Notes under the pieces: generated by a model
The model's input: the letters and a program-made list of their open reading frames with translations, nothing else
Database searches by the model: none
What the model was told of the DNA's origin: nothing
Program-made: the position numbers and the translations under genes
Source of the DNA: a virus
Taxonomy: Duplodnaviria; Caudoviricetes
Strand: one strand, 5' to 3'
IMG/VR virus record: IMGVR_UViG_3300003887_000057
Coordinates: 1-37,573 of that record
DNA length: 37,573 bases
Shown: piece by piece, positions 25,322-35,685 of the stretch
Numbering within the stretch: the first letter of the stretch is position 1
Layout: the number at the start of each line of letters is the position of its first letter

Positions 25322-25752
25322 GGAGCACCGCTGATGAAATTATCCAGCTGGTGGTGGCTCGCCTTCTGGCCGATTCTGCAAAGCCTTCGGGCCTGCAAAT
25401 CGATGCTTTCCCTGTGCTGGATTTGGAATCCGTAGATCTCCCCTACCTGGGCGTGACCCTAGTGGATGGGGATCGGATGGACCAGGACTCGGATACCCAG
25501 GATTCCCTCCGTCAGTGCTCCATCCAGTTCGAGATTTGGAACAAGTCCACAACCGCACAAGGTGTCGCTGATGGCGCCAAGACGGTTCGGATCTGGGCTA
25601 TGGCCACCCTTTGCCAGGACGAATCTTTCGGAGGCCATGTCCAGGACATCGGTTATGAGGGCTTTCAGTTCGCCCCTGCCTTTCAGTCCGGATGGCTGGC
25701 CTGCACCGTCATGACCTTCACCTTCAAGTATTTCTGGAGCCCCATCCCATGA
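25318..25752 (+). CDS. Tail terminator/completion protein
   Basis: 144 aa acidic protein upstream of the tail tube gene. Confidence 0.6.
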   Translation: MRSTADEIIQLVVARLLADSAKPSGLQIDAFPVLDLESVDLPYLGVTLVDGDRMDQDSDTQDSLRQCSIQFEIWNKSTTAQGVADGAKTVRIWAMATLCQDESFGGHVQDIGYEGFQFAPAFQSGWLACTVMTFTFKYFWSPIP

Positions 25753-25916
25753 GTTCTGAACCCACGGTGCGCGTGGTCTCTACCGGCACCACCACGACCT
25801 TTCCAGATCTGGGCCTGGAGCTCCCCGCGGGAGTCTCTACGCCCATCCCTTCATCCGCGCTGGATCGCGTGCTCTCGGAGCCCAGCGTTTCCGTCGCTAC
25901 CACTGAGGAGGCCTAG
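25749..25916 (+). CDS. Small hypothetical protein
   Basis: ATGA overlap; MSSEPTVRVV...; its end carries the GGAGG RBS of the next gene. Confidence 0.6.
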   Translation: MSSEPTVRVVSTGTTTTFPDLGLELPAGVSTPIPSSALDRVLSEPSVSVATTEEA

Positions 25917-25918
25917 AC

Positions 25919-26599
25919 ATGGCCCTTTCAAGCGTCAACCGCAGCTTCGAGAAGATTGGTCGCGGAGAGTTTTACCTCGCTGCCCAGCCCGCATCCACTG
26001 TGTTTTCGGCCTGCGTTACGCAGACTGACTACATCAAGAAATACATGGAGCTGTTTTACACGACCGGCACGGGCGACACCCTCAAGGTGCTGGCCGCTGG
26101 TACCAAGGTCTACGCCGCCCTCACAGCCGAAGGCATCAAGGTCAAGCTGAAGGCGAATACCATCGAGGTCGACCCGAACTCGGGCCCCAAGCACGTGATT
26201 GGCATCCAGGACACCGAGGTCACGTTTGAGCTCGGGATCATCGACCTGACGCCTCAGAAACTCGCGGAGCTGGCGGGTTGCAGTGCAGAAGAACTGATTA
26301 CCCAGGCGGCTGCCACAGGCAAGGCCGCACGGAGTCAGGTTTTGATCGGTGGCCAGTCCATCCTGACCAGCTATGTCGGGCTGTATCGCATGCCCAGCAC
26401 CCTGGTACCCGGTGAGTTTGACCACATCCTCATGCCCAAACTCCAGTGGACCTTGGAGACGGATCTGGATCTCAACAAGAAATCCCCTCTTACCGCCAAG
26501 GTGAAGGGCACGGCTCTCCAGGAGCCCTATGGCCTCGTCAATGCTGCCGGATTCCCTGAGCAGATCATCTACGACATCGCCATGGCGCCGGGTGTGTAA
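25919..26599 (+). CDS. Major tail (tube) protein
   Basis: 226 aa, IGRGEFYL N-terminus, beta-rich; precedes chaperone and tape measure genes; no sheath gene present. Confidence 0.7.
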   Translation: MALSSVNRSFEKIGRGEFYLAAQPASTVFSACVTQTDYIKKYMELFYTTGTGDTLKVLAAGTKVYAALTAEGIKVKLKANTIEVDPNSGPKHVIGIQDTEVTFELGIIDLTPQKLAELAGCSAEELITQAAATGKAARSQVLIGGQSILTSYVGLYRMPSTLVPGEFDHILMPKLQWTLETDLDLNKKSPLTAKVKGTALQEPYGLVNAAGFPEQIIYDIAMAPGV

Positions 26600-26931
26600 T
26601 GGCTGAGACCAAGAAACTCTCCCTGATCCACCTCGAGCGCGGACTCGCCCTCATGGGCAAGGTCAACGAGGAAGAGGGCGCGGCTACCGAGATGGTGGCC
26701 GTTTACCTCGCCTCTCCTGGCCAGCTCTACAAGGCGAAGAAAGACCCTGCCGTGATGGAGGTGTTGCTCGAGCAAGCCAGCGAAATGGACGGAGAAGAGG
26801 CCTCTGTGGTGATCTCCAGTTTTTTCGCGCAATGCGTCGAATATTCAAGCAACATCATCGCCTCTTTGCCGGAAATCAGCGACGAGGTGAAGGCTCGAAT
26901 CATCAAGGCGCAGAGCACGAGCAATACCTAG
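26599..26931 (+). CDS. Tail assembly chaperone (gpG-like)
   Basis: TAATG coupling; contains slippery heptamer T TTT TTC at 26820-26826. Confidence 0.7.
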   Translation: MAETKKLSLIHLERGLALMGKVNEEEGAATEMVAVYLASPGQLYKAKKDPAVMEVLLEQASEMDGEEASVVISSFFAQCVEYSSNIIASLPEISDEVKARIIKAQSTSNT

Positions 26932-27137
26932 TCACTCACCTCCTCGCCCCCGAGTGTGGGGGCGTGGAGGAAGCCTCCTGTCTCGATGCAGACGAAGCAC
27001 TCTCCTGGGTCCTGCGGCTGCTGAAAGAACGGGAGTTCGAACGCTACGAACAAGCCCTCGCGAACTGGCATGCATCCCTAGGCCTCTTCTCGAATGGCGG
27101 CACCCCCCCGGACCCTCCAGAACCCCCTGAGGACTGA
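26820..27137 (+). CDS. -1 frameshift extension of the tail chaperone (gpT-like)
   Basis: The -1 frame is open from the slippery site to TGA 27137, which overlaps the tape measure ATG. Confidence 0.65.
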   Translation, partial: FFRAMRRIFKQHHRLFAGNQRRGEGSNHQGAEHEQYLVTHLLAPECGGVEEASCLDADEALSWVLRLLKEREFERYEQALANWHASLGLFSNGGTPPDPPEPPED

Positions 27138-29623
27138 TGGCCGACAAGGATATAAAAGTCACGCTGACCGGTGATGCTAAGGGTCTTCTCAGCACACTCG
27201 ATCAGGCATCATCCCGGATTAAGGGCTTCGCAAATGACGTTCAAGGCGTCGGTTCGGGCCTATCCGGGATGATTGGGAAGATCCAGGCGCCCTTGATGGC
27301 GCTGACTGCGCTTGTCGGCGGTGGCGCGCTGTTTAAAAGCGCCATTGATGGAACTGTTGCCTGGGTATCCGAAGTAACGGTCCTTTCGAAGACCCTGGGG
27401 ATCACGTCTCAGGAGGCCAGCGGACTTGCGACTGCGCTTCAAGATTTGGGCGTTGGCAGCGATGTTTACGCCAAGGCATCCGTGAAGCTAGCCAAAGACA
27501 TGGGTAGCGGTGGCACCGCGCTCAAGCGCCTCGGAATCGAATACAAGGATGCGCACGGGAATCTGCTCCCGTTGCAAACCGTGATGATGAACAGCATCAC
27601 GCGTCTGAAAGAACTCAAAGAAGGATCAGACCGTACCGCCGGCGGCACTATCCTCTTCGGGAAAAGCTGGCAGGAAGTGGCAGGGATCCTGAAGATCTCC
27701 GCCGAGCGTCTCGCCGAAGGTGCCGCCAAGGCGGAGGCCCTGCACAAAGTGGTAGGTCCCGACGCTGTTAAACAGGTGCGCGACTACAAGGAGGCGATGC
27801 GGGATGTTGGCGACGGTGCCGAAGCCGTTAAGTATGCGGTAGGCATCGAACTGATTCCGACACTTACCACGCTGGCAAATTACCTGGGCCGCACGGGCCC
27901 GGCCGCTGCAGAGGGTATGGCCTTCGCGCTCAAAGGTGTAAGCACGTGGTTCATGCTCTTTAAGGCATATGTGGAGATCGGAGCGACAGCCATACGCGTG
28001 GCGCTGCTAAGCGTGTGGGACGTTCTGAAGACTGTTGCCGAGGCGGTGTACAAGTTCCACACGATGGACTTCAAGGGCGCCTGGGACACCCTGAAAAAGG
28101 GATGGACGGAGCTAAAGAACGATGTAACCACCGGTGCGGTTGACATCAAAGAAATCGTCACGGAGACCATTGGGGACGTGAAGGGCGTTTGGGGTCCTGT
28201 AGAGTCCAAGGGGAAACCCGAAACCAAGAAGGGCTCCGAGGGCGATGATCTAGGCGATGAAAAAGGTAAACATCCGGAGAATGTATACGAAGCGGAGCGG
28301 TTAAAGCTTCATCAAGAGTTGGTGAAGATTCAGGCTGATGAAACGATTCAGGCCAAGGCCAGGGCGCAGTTGGCAGAGATCCAGGCTAAGCTGGAATCAG
28401 AGATCCTGCGGTTCAAAAAAGAGGCAAAAGAGGGCAAGTTAACCTCTGGTGATCAGGCAAAACTGGAGGTTCAGGCTGCCCAGTTGGCCGCTGCGCAAAG
28501 TTCAGCGGTTCTGCGGAAGCTGGCTGAGGATGAGGCCAAGGAAAAGGCCAAGCTCGATCAGGTGGCCATTGAGCGATTCCAAGATCATCAGCTGGCACTG
28601 ATCGACATTGAAAGGAACATGATTGCATCCAAGGCTCAGCTTGGAGAGATCAGTGCGGCAGAGGAAATTGATCGGTTAGAGGAGCTGGAGAACGACAAGT
28701 TCAACATCCAGCGCCAGTCACTTGTTCGGAGACTGGCTCTTGAAAAACTGGAGCCTGCCGAACGCGCCAAAATCATGGCAGACATCGCCAAGGTTGAGGA
28801 TCAGCGCACGGCCTCAAAAATGGATTTTGGACAGCAGCGGAAGGGACTCCGACAACAGGGCTCTCCCATGGCTGGCATCAAGGCCTACGTCAACCAGGGC
28901 AAGGCTGAGCTGCAGAACTGGAAGAACACGGCCATGCAGGCGATGCAGGGCGTCGAGAATGCTTTCTCCCGCGGCATCGAGGGCATCCTCTCTGGACAGA
29001 TGAGCCTAGGCGAAGGCCTCAAATCCATTTGGCAGGGGATCGTCTCGACGATTATCCAGCAGCTGGCGCAGCTCGCCGCCAAGTGGATCGTGACGAGTAT
29101 CGCCGCTCAGATGTTTGAGGACACAACGGCGGAGACGGCCGAAAATGTCGCAGTTGCTCAGCAGGAGGCCGCTGCGGCGTCTCTGTGGGCCGCCTATGCG
29201 GCGATTCCGTTTGCGGGTCCTGCACTGGCTGCTGGGTTTATCGCGATGATGAATGCATCCCTACTGGCTAATGCTGGAGCGGCAAAGGGCATCGTGGCCC
29301 ATGCCCAGGGCGGCATCATCGACCGGCCCACCTTGGCCCTCATGGGTGAGTTGCCTGGCTCTCGCGAGATCGTGGCGCCCGAAAGCACGTTCAAGGATTG
29401 GGCGGGGAATCTCACGCGCAATATCCTCGCGAGTGAGCGGCAGGCGCAGTCCTACAGCAAATACAGCTCCAACATATCGCGCGTGTCACAGCGACAGGCG
29501 TCGGCTGGGTCAGGCACTCCCGTTCACAACTATGCCGGCGCAACGATCATCACCACCTCGCAGCGCGAGTGGGAAGACATGGTCGCCAAGGGGACGCGCG
29601 GATATGACAGGAGAACCGCATGA
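27137..29623 (+). CDS. Tape measure protein
   Basis: 828 aa, helical and Ala/Gly/Lys-rich; C-terminal AHAQGGIIDRPTLALMGE..GSREIV.P. Confidence 0.9.
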   Translation: MADKDIKVTLTGDAKGLLSTLDQASSRIKGFANDVQGVGSGLSGMIGKIQAPLMALTALVGGGALFKSAIDGTVAWVSEVTVLSKTLGITSQEASGLATALQDLGVGSDVYAKASVKLAKDMGSGGTALKRLGIEYKDAHGNLLPLQTVMMNSITRLKELKEGSDRTAGGTILFGKSWQEVAGILKISAERLAEGAAKAEALHKVVGPDAVKQVRDYKEAMRDVGDGAEAVKYAVGIELIPTLTTLANYLGRTGPAAAEGMAFALKGVSTWFMLFKAYVEIGATAIRVALLSVWDVLKTVAEAVYKFHTMDFKGAWDTLKKGWTELKNDVTTGAVDIKEIVTETIGDVKGVWGPVESKGKPETKKGSEGDDLGDEKGKHPENVYEAERLKLHQELVKIQADETIQAKARAQLAEIQAKLESEILRFKKEAKEGKLTSGDQAKLEVQAAQLAAAQSSAVLRKLAEDEAKEKAKLDQVAIERFQDHQLALIDIERNMIASKAQLGEISAAEEIDRLEELENDKFNIQRQSLVRRLALEKLEPAERAKIMADIAKVEDQRTASKMDFGQQRKGLRQQGSPMAGIKAYVNQGKAELQNWKNTAMQAMQGVENAFSRGIEGILSGQMSLGEGLKSIWQGIVSTIIQQLAQLAAKWIVTSIAAQMFEDTTAETAENVAVAQQEAAAASLWAAYAAIPFAGPALAAGFIAMMNASLLANAGAAKGIVAHAQGGIIDRPTLALMGELPGSREIVAPESTFKDWAGNLTRNILASERQAQSYSKYSSNISRVSQRQASAGSGTPVHNYAGATIITTSQREWEDMVAKGTRGYDRRTA

Positions 29624-32259
29624 GCCGCAGCTATTTCGTAACCCTCATGCAGAACCTTGGCAACGGCATGCCCGGTGAGTCCTTGGCCCTGAGCGAATCC
29701 ATGACGACGCTGGATGGTATCTCCTGGGAGGTTGACAAGGAGCTGACCAAGCTGGCCCCAGGGGATCTCAGTGCTTCCGTTATCGATGACGATGGCAGTG
29801 TTTGGTCCTGGCTCCAGACGCAGATCCAGACCAGCGGGGCGTTATTCCCTCCGTTCATGGTGCTGGATGTCGACGGTGTGCGAGTGTTCACCGGCATCGT
29901 GCAGCCCAGTGCGATCGAGCGCGACAACGCTACGGCCGTGGTGTCCCTCAATGCAACCGACTGGAGCGCCATGCTCGCGTCAAAGGCGCTGACCGCCGAT
30001 GCGGGATGGACGCGCCCAGAGCCCCGCGCCATCGCATCGCGGCCCGCCTCGGAGACGCACACCAACACCTACTTGCCGCTCTCGGTGATCTACATCGGTC
30101 AGATCAAAGCGGGAGGGGGCCGCGATTGTGCCCACTTCCCAGAGCCCATGAACTGGCTCGCGCCGGGAGACCTAGTCGACGCTGAGACCCCGCAAGGTAA
30201 TCACGCGGGCCTGAAGGTCCTCGAGATCCAGCACGACCTCCTCCCTGGTATCTGCCGTGTCAAGTTCGACCAGATCCTCTGGAGCTTCACGGACTGGAAC
30301 GCTTCGAGCTACACAGGCACATTCACCCGTCAGGCATCAACCACCACGCCCCAGGGCTACTACAAGGTCGCCGTCGCGGTCCCCGAGAACCCAGACCCGA
30401 AGGTGTACCGCATCACCTTGGACACCATTGACGGCCAATGGCCGGGTGACGTGCTGCAGTTGCTCAACGCGGATCGCAGCGCCACTTTCACCGTCGCCCA
30501 GCTCGACGCCTCGCGTTCATCGATCCTCGTCAATGAGGAGGTGTCGAACCTAGCTGTGGGTGATCGCCTGTACTTCAGCGATGAGTCCGCCGCTCAGATG
30601 GTGATGGAGGACCCGCGGCGCATCCTGACCGCTGCCTGCACGCCATTTTCCGCTGACTTCTCCAAGGCCACGGCGACCACCCTCGACGCTCCCATCCTGT
30701 CCTGGGTGCCCATGCGTCCCGCTACAGGCGCGGATCTACGGGCGGTCTCGGATATCGAGTCCGGCCTCAACAATTTCCGGGTCTTTAGTGGCGTGTCAGC
30801 TTGGGATGGGACGCCGGAGGCTGGGTGGTCTGATGTGGCCACATCGACCAAGCGCACCACCTGGACAGACCAACGCCTGACCGCTCCATCGTCCCTGATG
30901 CCCTATGAGCTGGCATCGCTGGCTCCTCTGTCTTACGCCCGCAACGAGGCTGAAGATCTGAACTACCGCAACCGCCCAAAAATGACCTCATTCGGCACGG
31001 TGGACACAACCGCGCCATGGACACCACCCGCAACGCCCGCCGCGGCCGTATCCGCTAACGTGGTGGTCTACGACTATCTGCAGATGCGACGCATCGCGTT
31101 ATCGGGGGCCGCTGGATCCATCATGGCGTGGAGCGGGTCGGCCTGGGGATCATCCACTGCAATCACATGGCCAGACACGGTCAACGCCGCTTGCGTGTTC
31201 GTCGGCGGTCCCGCGGGATCCATCATCGCGCTGGGTGTCGGGGGTCTACGTGCTGCCGTGCTGCCCAGCGGGTGGGCCTCCACGCTGTTGACGATTCCCG
31301 CCGCCGCCAAGGACGCTGTTCTGAAAACGACACCATGGGGCACCTATCTGGTGGGCTCCGCTGGGTATGGTCGGATCACGGTCAGTGGGAGCGCCCTCAG
31401 CCTGAACTGGGTCACGCTCAGCACCGACGGATCTACCAAACTACTTCCCAATACCTTCCAGGGCATCGACGACACCGAGCAGGCCGTCCTGGCCACGGTC
31501 TCCGGCATGGACCGCCAGGGCAAGACATCCACCGAGACCCACCTGCTGAGATTGGCAGCGACGCCCACCACCACACCCACCGCCGGGGCCTCCATTCTCT
31601 GGGATGAAAAGATCCTCGAAGGATCGCCCATCTCATGCGGTGCCGTGAGAGATCCATCCCAGGATGGCCGGGTGATCGGTCATGTGGGCGGTCGGCTCTA
31701 TCAGGTGTCCGCAGTAGTTCCCGTCTCTCGAGCACTCGAACGCTTCAAACCGGCGGGCATGCACGCGTCGGAGCTGATCGAGCATATCTGCCAAGTTCTG
31801 AACCTTGTGGCGTACCCAGCGCCGGATGGCACGATGCACTTCGCGAGCCGCGCCGCTTCCACTGTCATCCCCTTGACCGTTGATCAGACCTCTCTGATCG
31901 AGACGCGGGCGTGGGAGCACTTCTATTCCATCGTGCGCGTGAGTGGTCAGGATGACGTCCTGTTCGATGCCTACAGCGCCGTGGATGGCGGGCAGTTGCT
32001 CGAGATCAGCGGGCATCCCCTCCTCTGGACGGTCGGCGCATGCAGTGCCATGGCCTCGGTCTACGCCGCGTGGTTCGGTCGTCCCCGTGCGATGCGCAAA
32101 GAGGAATGGTTCTACACCGATCCCACCAATGCCGCCCCTTGGGAAGGCCTACAGCCCCTTTCCACAGTGACGGTCAACGGCGCGGGCCCTTACCTGCTGA
32201 TGGCGCTCAAGGATGATCGCGTCAAGGGCACCGCCAGCGTCATGCTTTTGGAGGTCTGA
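29620..32259 (+). CDS. Large minor tail / baseplate hub-like protein
   Basis: 879 aa, ATGA-coupled to the tape measure gene; Thr/Ser/Trp-rich beta character. Confidence 0.7.
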   Translation: MSRSYFVTLMQNLGNGMPGESLALSESMTTLDGISWEVDKELTKLAPGDLSASVIDDDGSVWSWLQTQIQTSGALFPPFMVLDVDGVRVFTGIVQPSAIERDNATAVVSLNATDWSAMLASKALTADAGWTRPEPRAIASRPASETHTNTYLPLSVIYIGQIKAGGGRDCAHFPEPMNWLAPGDLVDAETPQGNHAGLKVLEIQHDLLPGICRVKFDQILWSFTDWNASSYTGTFTRQASTTTPQGYYKVAVAVPENPDPKVYRITLDTIDGQWPGDVLQLLNADRSATFTVAQLDASRSSILVNEEVSNLAVGDRLYFSDESAAQMVMEDPRRILTAACTPFSADFSKATATTLDAPILSWVPMRPATGADLRAVSDIESGLNNFRVFSGVSAWDGTPEAGWSDVATSTKRTTWTDQRLTAPSSLMPYELASLAPLSYARNEAEDLNYRNRPKMTSFGTVDTTAPWTPPATPAAAVSANVVVYDYLQMRRIALSGAAGSIMAWSGSAWGSSTAITWPDTVNAACVFVGGPAGSIIALGVGGLRAAVLPSGWASTLLTIPAAAKDAVLKTTPWGTYLVGSAGYGRITVSGSALSLNWVTLSTDGSTKLLPNTFQGIDDTEQAVLATVSGMDRQGKTSTETHLLRLAATPTTTPTAGASILWDEKILEGSPISCGAVRDPSQDGRVIGHVGGRLYQVSAVVPVSRALERFKPAGMHASELIEHICQVLNLVAYPAPDGTMHFASRAASTVIPLTVDQTSLIETRAWEHFYSIVRVSGQDDVLFDAYSAVDGGQLLEISGHPLLWTVGACSAMASVYAAWFGRPRAMRKEEWFYTDPTNAAPWEGLQPLSTVTVNGAGPYLLMALKDDRVKGTASVMLLEV

Positions 32260-32720
32260 TGTTTCTGCAGACGGGTCCTATCCGCATTGCACCTCTAGCC
32301 TCGGTGGGTGGATCGAAGATCAAAACCCTCTATCTGCCATCGCCCGATAAAGATGGGCTCACGCTGGAGTGGATCGAAAAGGTATCCCAGGTCGATCTGA
32401 TCGATGGATCCCCGCGCACACGCCTGCTGGGTTTCGTGCCTCAGGTGGTGGCGCGATGGAACAACTACAACGACCAGCCAGGGTATGGGTTCTCGATCGG
32501 AATCTCCGATGGTCAACGGCCCGACCTCGAGAGTCTGCTATCAGTGCTCAGCTGTCGCAGCGGCCTGCTCAGCGTATCGCCGGGGGTGTCTGCGGGCGGT
32601 TTCGTAGTGGATCGAATTTCGGTACAGCCTATCTCGAAGCGTGGCGGGGTGTATTCGGGTCTGGAGGTGACACTCACAGGCAGATCTGTCATGCCCACCC
32701 GCACCCTGGGAGTGTTCTGA
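32259..32720 (+). CDS. Minor tail protein
   Basis: 153 aa, TGATG-coupled at both ends. Confidence 0.6.
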   Translation: MFLQTGPIRIAPLASVGGSKIKTLYLPSPDKDGLTLEWIEKVSQVDLIDGSPRTRLLGFVPQVVARWNNYNDQPGYGFSIGISDGQRPDLESLLSVLSCRSGLLSVSPGVSAGGFVVDRISVQPISKRGGVYSGLEVTLTGRSVMPTRTLGVF

Positions 32721-35632
32721 TGGCGACGAAAACGCAATGGTCGAAGACTGGCCTGAAGCTCGTTTGTGACGTCAGCAGCACCCCCGTCCCAGAGCCGAAA
32801 CAGGTCTACGCGATCCCCGTCATTCCCGTGGATGCTGCCCCCCTGATCACGGTGACCCTTGAGACCCTGAGCGATTCCAGGAACGGTATCCGAGTGGCGC
32901 CCACGTGTATCCCGCTGCCCGCGGTCGAGGCGGAGGAGTGGTCACTGTGGTGGAAGTGGGCGGGTGCTGCCACCTGGAGCAGTCGCGCCGTTGACGCCGC
33001 GGGATTCAGCTTCCTGCTGGAGCAACCGAACCCGAACACGACGTACCAGTTCCGGCTTCAACGTACGTGCGGGGCCCAAGTCTATGACTATCCGACCGCA
33101 AGCATCACCACCAACGCCGATCCCGTGGTGACGCTACTAGTTCCGATTGAGCAGAGCATCACGGCGGTTCAGGAGGTCGCTGACGATGCCGCGGCTACCG
33201 CGAACGCAGCACAGGCCGCAGCGAACACGGCAAGCGCTGGGATATCCGCGATCAACAGTGACGACATCCTGAGCCGCGCCAAGAAACCGCAGCTCATCAG
33301 CGACTACAACGCTGAATGGCAGATACAGACGAAGCTAGGGGTCCAATCAAACGCCCTCGGTATCACGACAGACAAGCTAGCCTATGAGGCAAAGGTCACA
33401 GCCCTCACATCATTCCTGAACGGCCTCAGCCCTTCCTGGAGCGATACCGCCCAGGATACCCCGCTCGGAACAGGAGGCGGGCAGACCCTCCGGGCGAAAT
33501 GGGCCGACATCGCGACGTACAGGACCGCGCTACAGACGGCGATCTCGGGGGCCCAGTCGAACAACGCCCAGGCGGCTGCGATTGCCAGCGCCGCAACCAC
33601 CGCCATGCAGAAGGCCGCATACACCACGGACGGTGTGATGCTCGACGGGCGGACACTGGCAGGCGGCAGCATCACGGCCGCAACGATGGCAAACAGTAAC
33701 AGCACGAATCTGATCCCTAACCCCAACAGTGAGGCTACAGCTCCGGCTGGGGGGTGGCCGATTGGAGCCTGGGAGGCTGTCGCCTTAAATCTCAGCGACG
33801 TTAACGCGTATTCGGGAAACAACGACAGGATCCTTGGTCCCAGTGGATTCGCGAGCCTAACGCCTAACATCCCCACCGTGGAGGGTGAGCAGTTTTACTT
33901 CGAGGCCCAAGCCAAGGCCAACAGCGGTGGAGCGGCAAAAATCCTGATTATCCCGAAGGATAAAACAGGTACTCCGATCTCATATCCCGCGAGTAGCGTA
34001 AATAGTGCATTCAGCTATTCCAAGCTGTCATTCAATGCCACGATGCCCGCTGGGACATGCTCGGTCGTTTTCGCCATCCAGAACAACACCGCATCCGGGT
34101 ACTGTTGGTTCGACAATCTATACGCGGGAAAGGTCCTTGTCTCCGGGATGATCGGTGCAAATGCCGTGGTCGCGGGCACCGTCGCCGCCCAGGCCATCAC
34201 CGCCAAGAATCTCATCGTCGCGAATTTTGACAACCTGTTCACCAACCCCAATGGCGTCCCACCTTACGCGGGATATTCCTCGAGCCGGAACTACGACCAT
34301 GACCGATGGGCCGTTACGGATGCTGGATCCCCGAACGGTTATAGTCACCTGCTGAACGCAACGGCTCAAGGGCACGAGATCGGTGTCGGCTTCCATCAGG
34401 ACGAAGGCACTGCGCTGCAAGTGTGTGGTGGCGAACGCTACTACATGACCGCCAGATTTAATGGCGGCGGAGGTATCTACTGGTTCGCGACGAAAAAAAC
34501 CGGTGAGGTTACGGGATCGGGCCTCGTCGTGGGTGCCGCGTCGTGGGCGGTCACCCCCTTGACGCTAAGGGTCCCGGACAACAGCGCCAAGCTTAACATC
34601 TACGCATTCTGCGGGTCGGGAGCCTGCACGGTAACAGACCTATATCTACGCCGAATGGCTGACTCAAACTTAATCGTTGACGGCACGTTCACGGCGTTAT
34701 TCCAGCGCTTCGGCAATGACCTGCAGTCCACCAACTACAGCCCTGGATCATCATCTGCAGCCTGCACAGGCCTGCGCCTCAGCTCCGCCCCATATAACGC
34801 CTACGAAATCGGCAACCCCAACCCCATCCCGGTTCAAGGCGAGGTTGGCTCAAATCTGATCGTTGCGGGATACAAGGCCGCAACCCTGGCAGACCAGGTG
34901 TTTAACCGGTCTATTTCGTATTCAACCCCTGGAACCTATACGTGGGTAGCTCCTCAGGGCTGCAAATATGTTCGTGCTGTTGTTTGCGGTGCCGGGGGTG
35001 GTGGAGGAGGCGCTTACACCACCACATATGGAGGCGGGGGTGGTGGAGGTGGTTCGGCTATTAGCGTGGATATCCCTGTCGTTCCTGGCAACAGCTACTC
35101 CATCATTGTTGGCGCTGGAGGCCTTGGCGGGGTAACGAGCGCAGACGGAGGAGATGGCGGCGATAGCTCAATTTCTGGCATCAACGGGGAAACGGGCATC
35201 GCGCTCGCAATCCAAAAGGGTAAGGGCGGAAAGGGTGGTAAGAAGGGGACCTCAACTGCCTACGGGGCTGGAGGAAACGGCGGCGCTATTGGATCGACCG
35301 TAACAATCAATGGCGGGATCGGTAGCGCGACCGCGGGAACGGTAGGGGGTAGCGGCGGCAGCGCGTCATACATTAGCAGCGCCTCGACGGCATGTGCGGG
35401 CGGAGGCGGTGGTTGCAACTCAGATGGAGGGGCCAGCGTCGATTGCCTTGGTGGCGTCCTGATCTCCGGTCCTGCGGGCGCTGGGCGTGGAGGAGCTTCC
35501 CCGCTCGGTATCGGGCAGGGGCATGTCTCTAACGGGCAGATCTCCATAGGCCCTGGGTCCGGAGGATATGGGATGCGAGTTGGGTATCAGGCTGGAGATG
35601 GAGGCCCGGGGTTTGTCTCGCTCCGGTGGTAA
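32720..35632 (+). CDS. Tail fibre / receptor-binding protein
   Basis: Real start MATKTQ at 32720 (TGATG). FN3-like region, helical stalk, two carbohydrate-binding-like modules (NLIPNP, NLFTNP), C-terminal Gly-rich domain (STPGTYTWVAP...GAGGGGG). Confidence 0.8.
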   Translation: MATKTQWSKTGLKLVCDVSSTPVPEPKQVYAIPVIPVDAAPLITVTLETLSDSRNGIRVAPTCIPLPAVEAEEWSLWWKWAGAATWSSRAVDAAGFSFLLEQPNPNTTYQFRLQRTCGAQVYDYPTASITTNADPVVTLLVPIEQSITAVQEVADDAAATANAAQAAANTASAGISAINSDDILSRAKKPQLISDYNAEWQIQTKLGVQSNALGITTDKLAYEAKVTALTSFLNGLSPSWSDTAQDTPLGTGGGQTLRAKWADIATYRTALQTAISGAQSNNAQAAAIASAATTAMQKAAYTTDGVMLDGRTLAGGSITAATMANSNSTNLIPNPNSEATAPAGGWPIGAWEAVALNLSDVNAYSGNNDRILGPSGFASLTPNIPTVEGEQFYFEAQAKANSGGAAKILIIPKDKTGTPISYPASSVNSAFSYSKLSFNATMPAGTCSVVFAIQNNTASGYCWFDNLYAGKVLVSGMIGANAVVAGTVAAQAITAKNLIVANFDNLFTNPNGVPPYAGYSSSRNYDHDRWAVTDAGSPNGYSHLLNATAQGHEIGVGFHQDEGTALQVCGGERYYMTARFNGGGGIYWFATKKTGEVTGSGLVVGAASWAVTPLTLRVPDNSAKLNIYAFCGSGACTVTDLYLRRMADSNLIVDGTFTALFQRFGNDLQSTNYSPGSSSAACTGLRLSSAPYNAYEIGNPNPIPVQGEVGSNLIVAGYKAATLADQVFNRSISYSTPGTYTWVAPQGCKYVRAVVCGAGGGGGGAYTTTYGGGGGGGGSAISVDIPVVPGNSYSIIVGAGGLGGVTSADGGDGGDSSISGINGETGIALAIQKGKGGKGGKKGTSTAYGAGGNGGAIGSTVTINGGIGSATAGTVGGSGGSASYISSASTACAGGGGGCNSDGGASVDCLGGVLISGPAGAGRGGASPLGIGQGHVSNGQISIGPGSGGYGMRVGYQAGDGGPGFVSLRW

Positions 35633-35685
35633 GGGTTCGCGGGCTCATCATCATGGGGTTCTGATCAGTCCTGGATCGCCGTGAC

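Noticed and set aside
32369-35632. 1087-aa tail fibre start at 32369, and a DGR or shufflon acting on the fibre
   Set aside because: The first 117 codons overlap the upstream gene and the coupled ATG is at 32720. No reverse transcriptase, template repeat or inverted fibre cassettes were seen.
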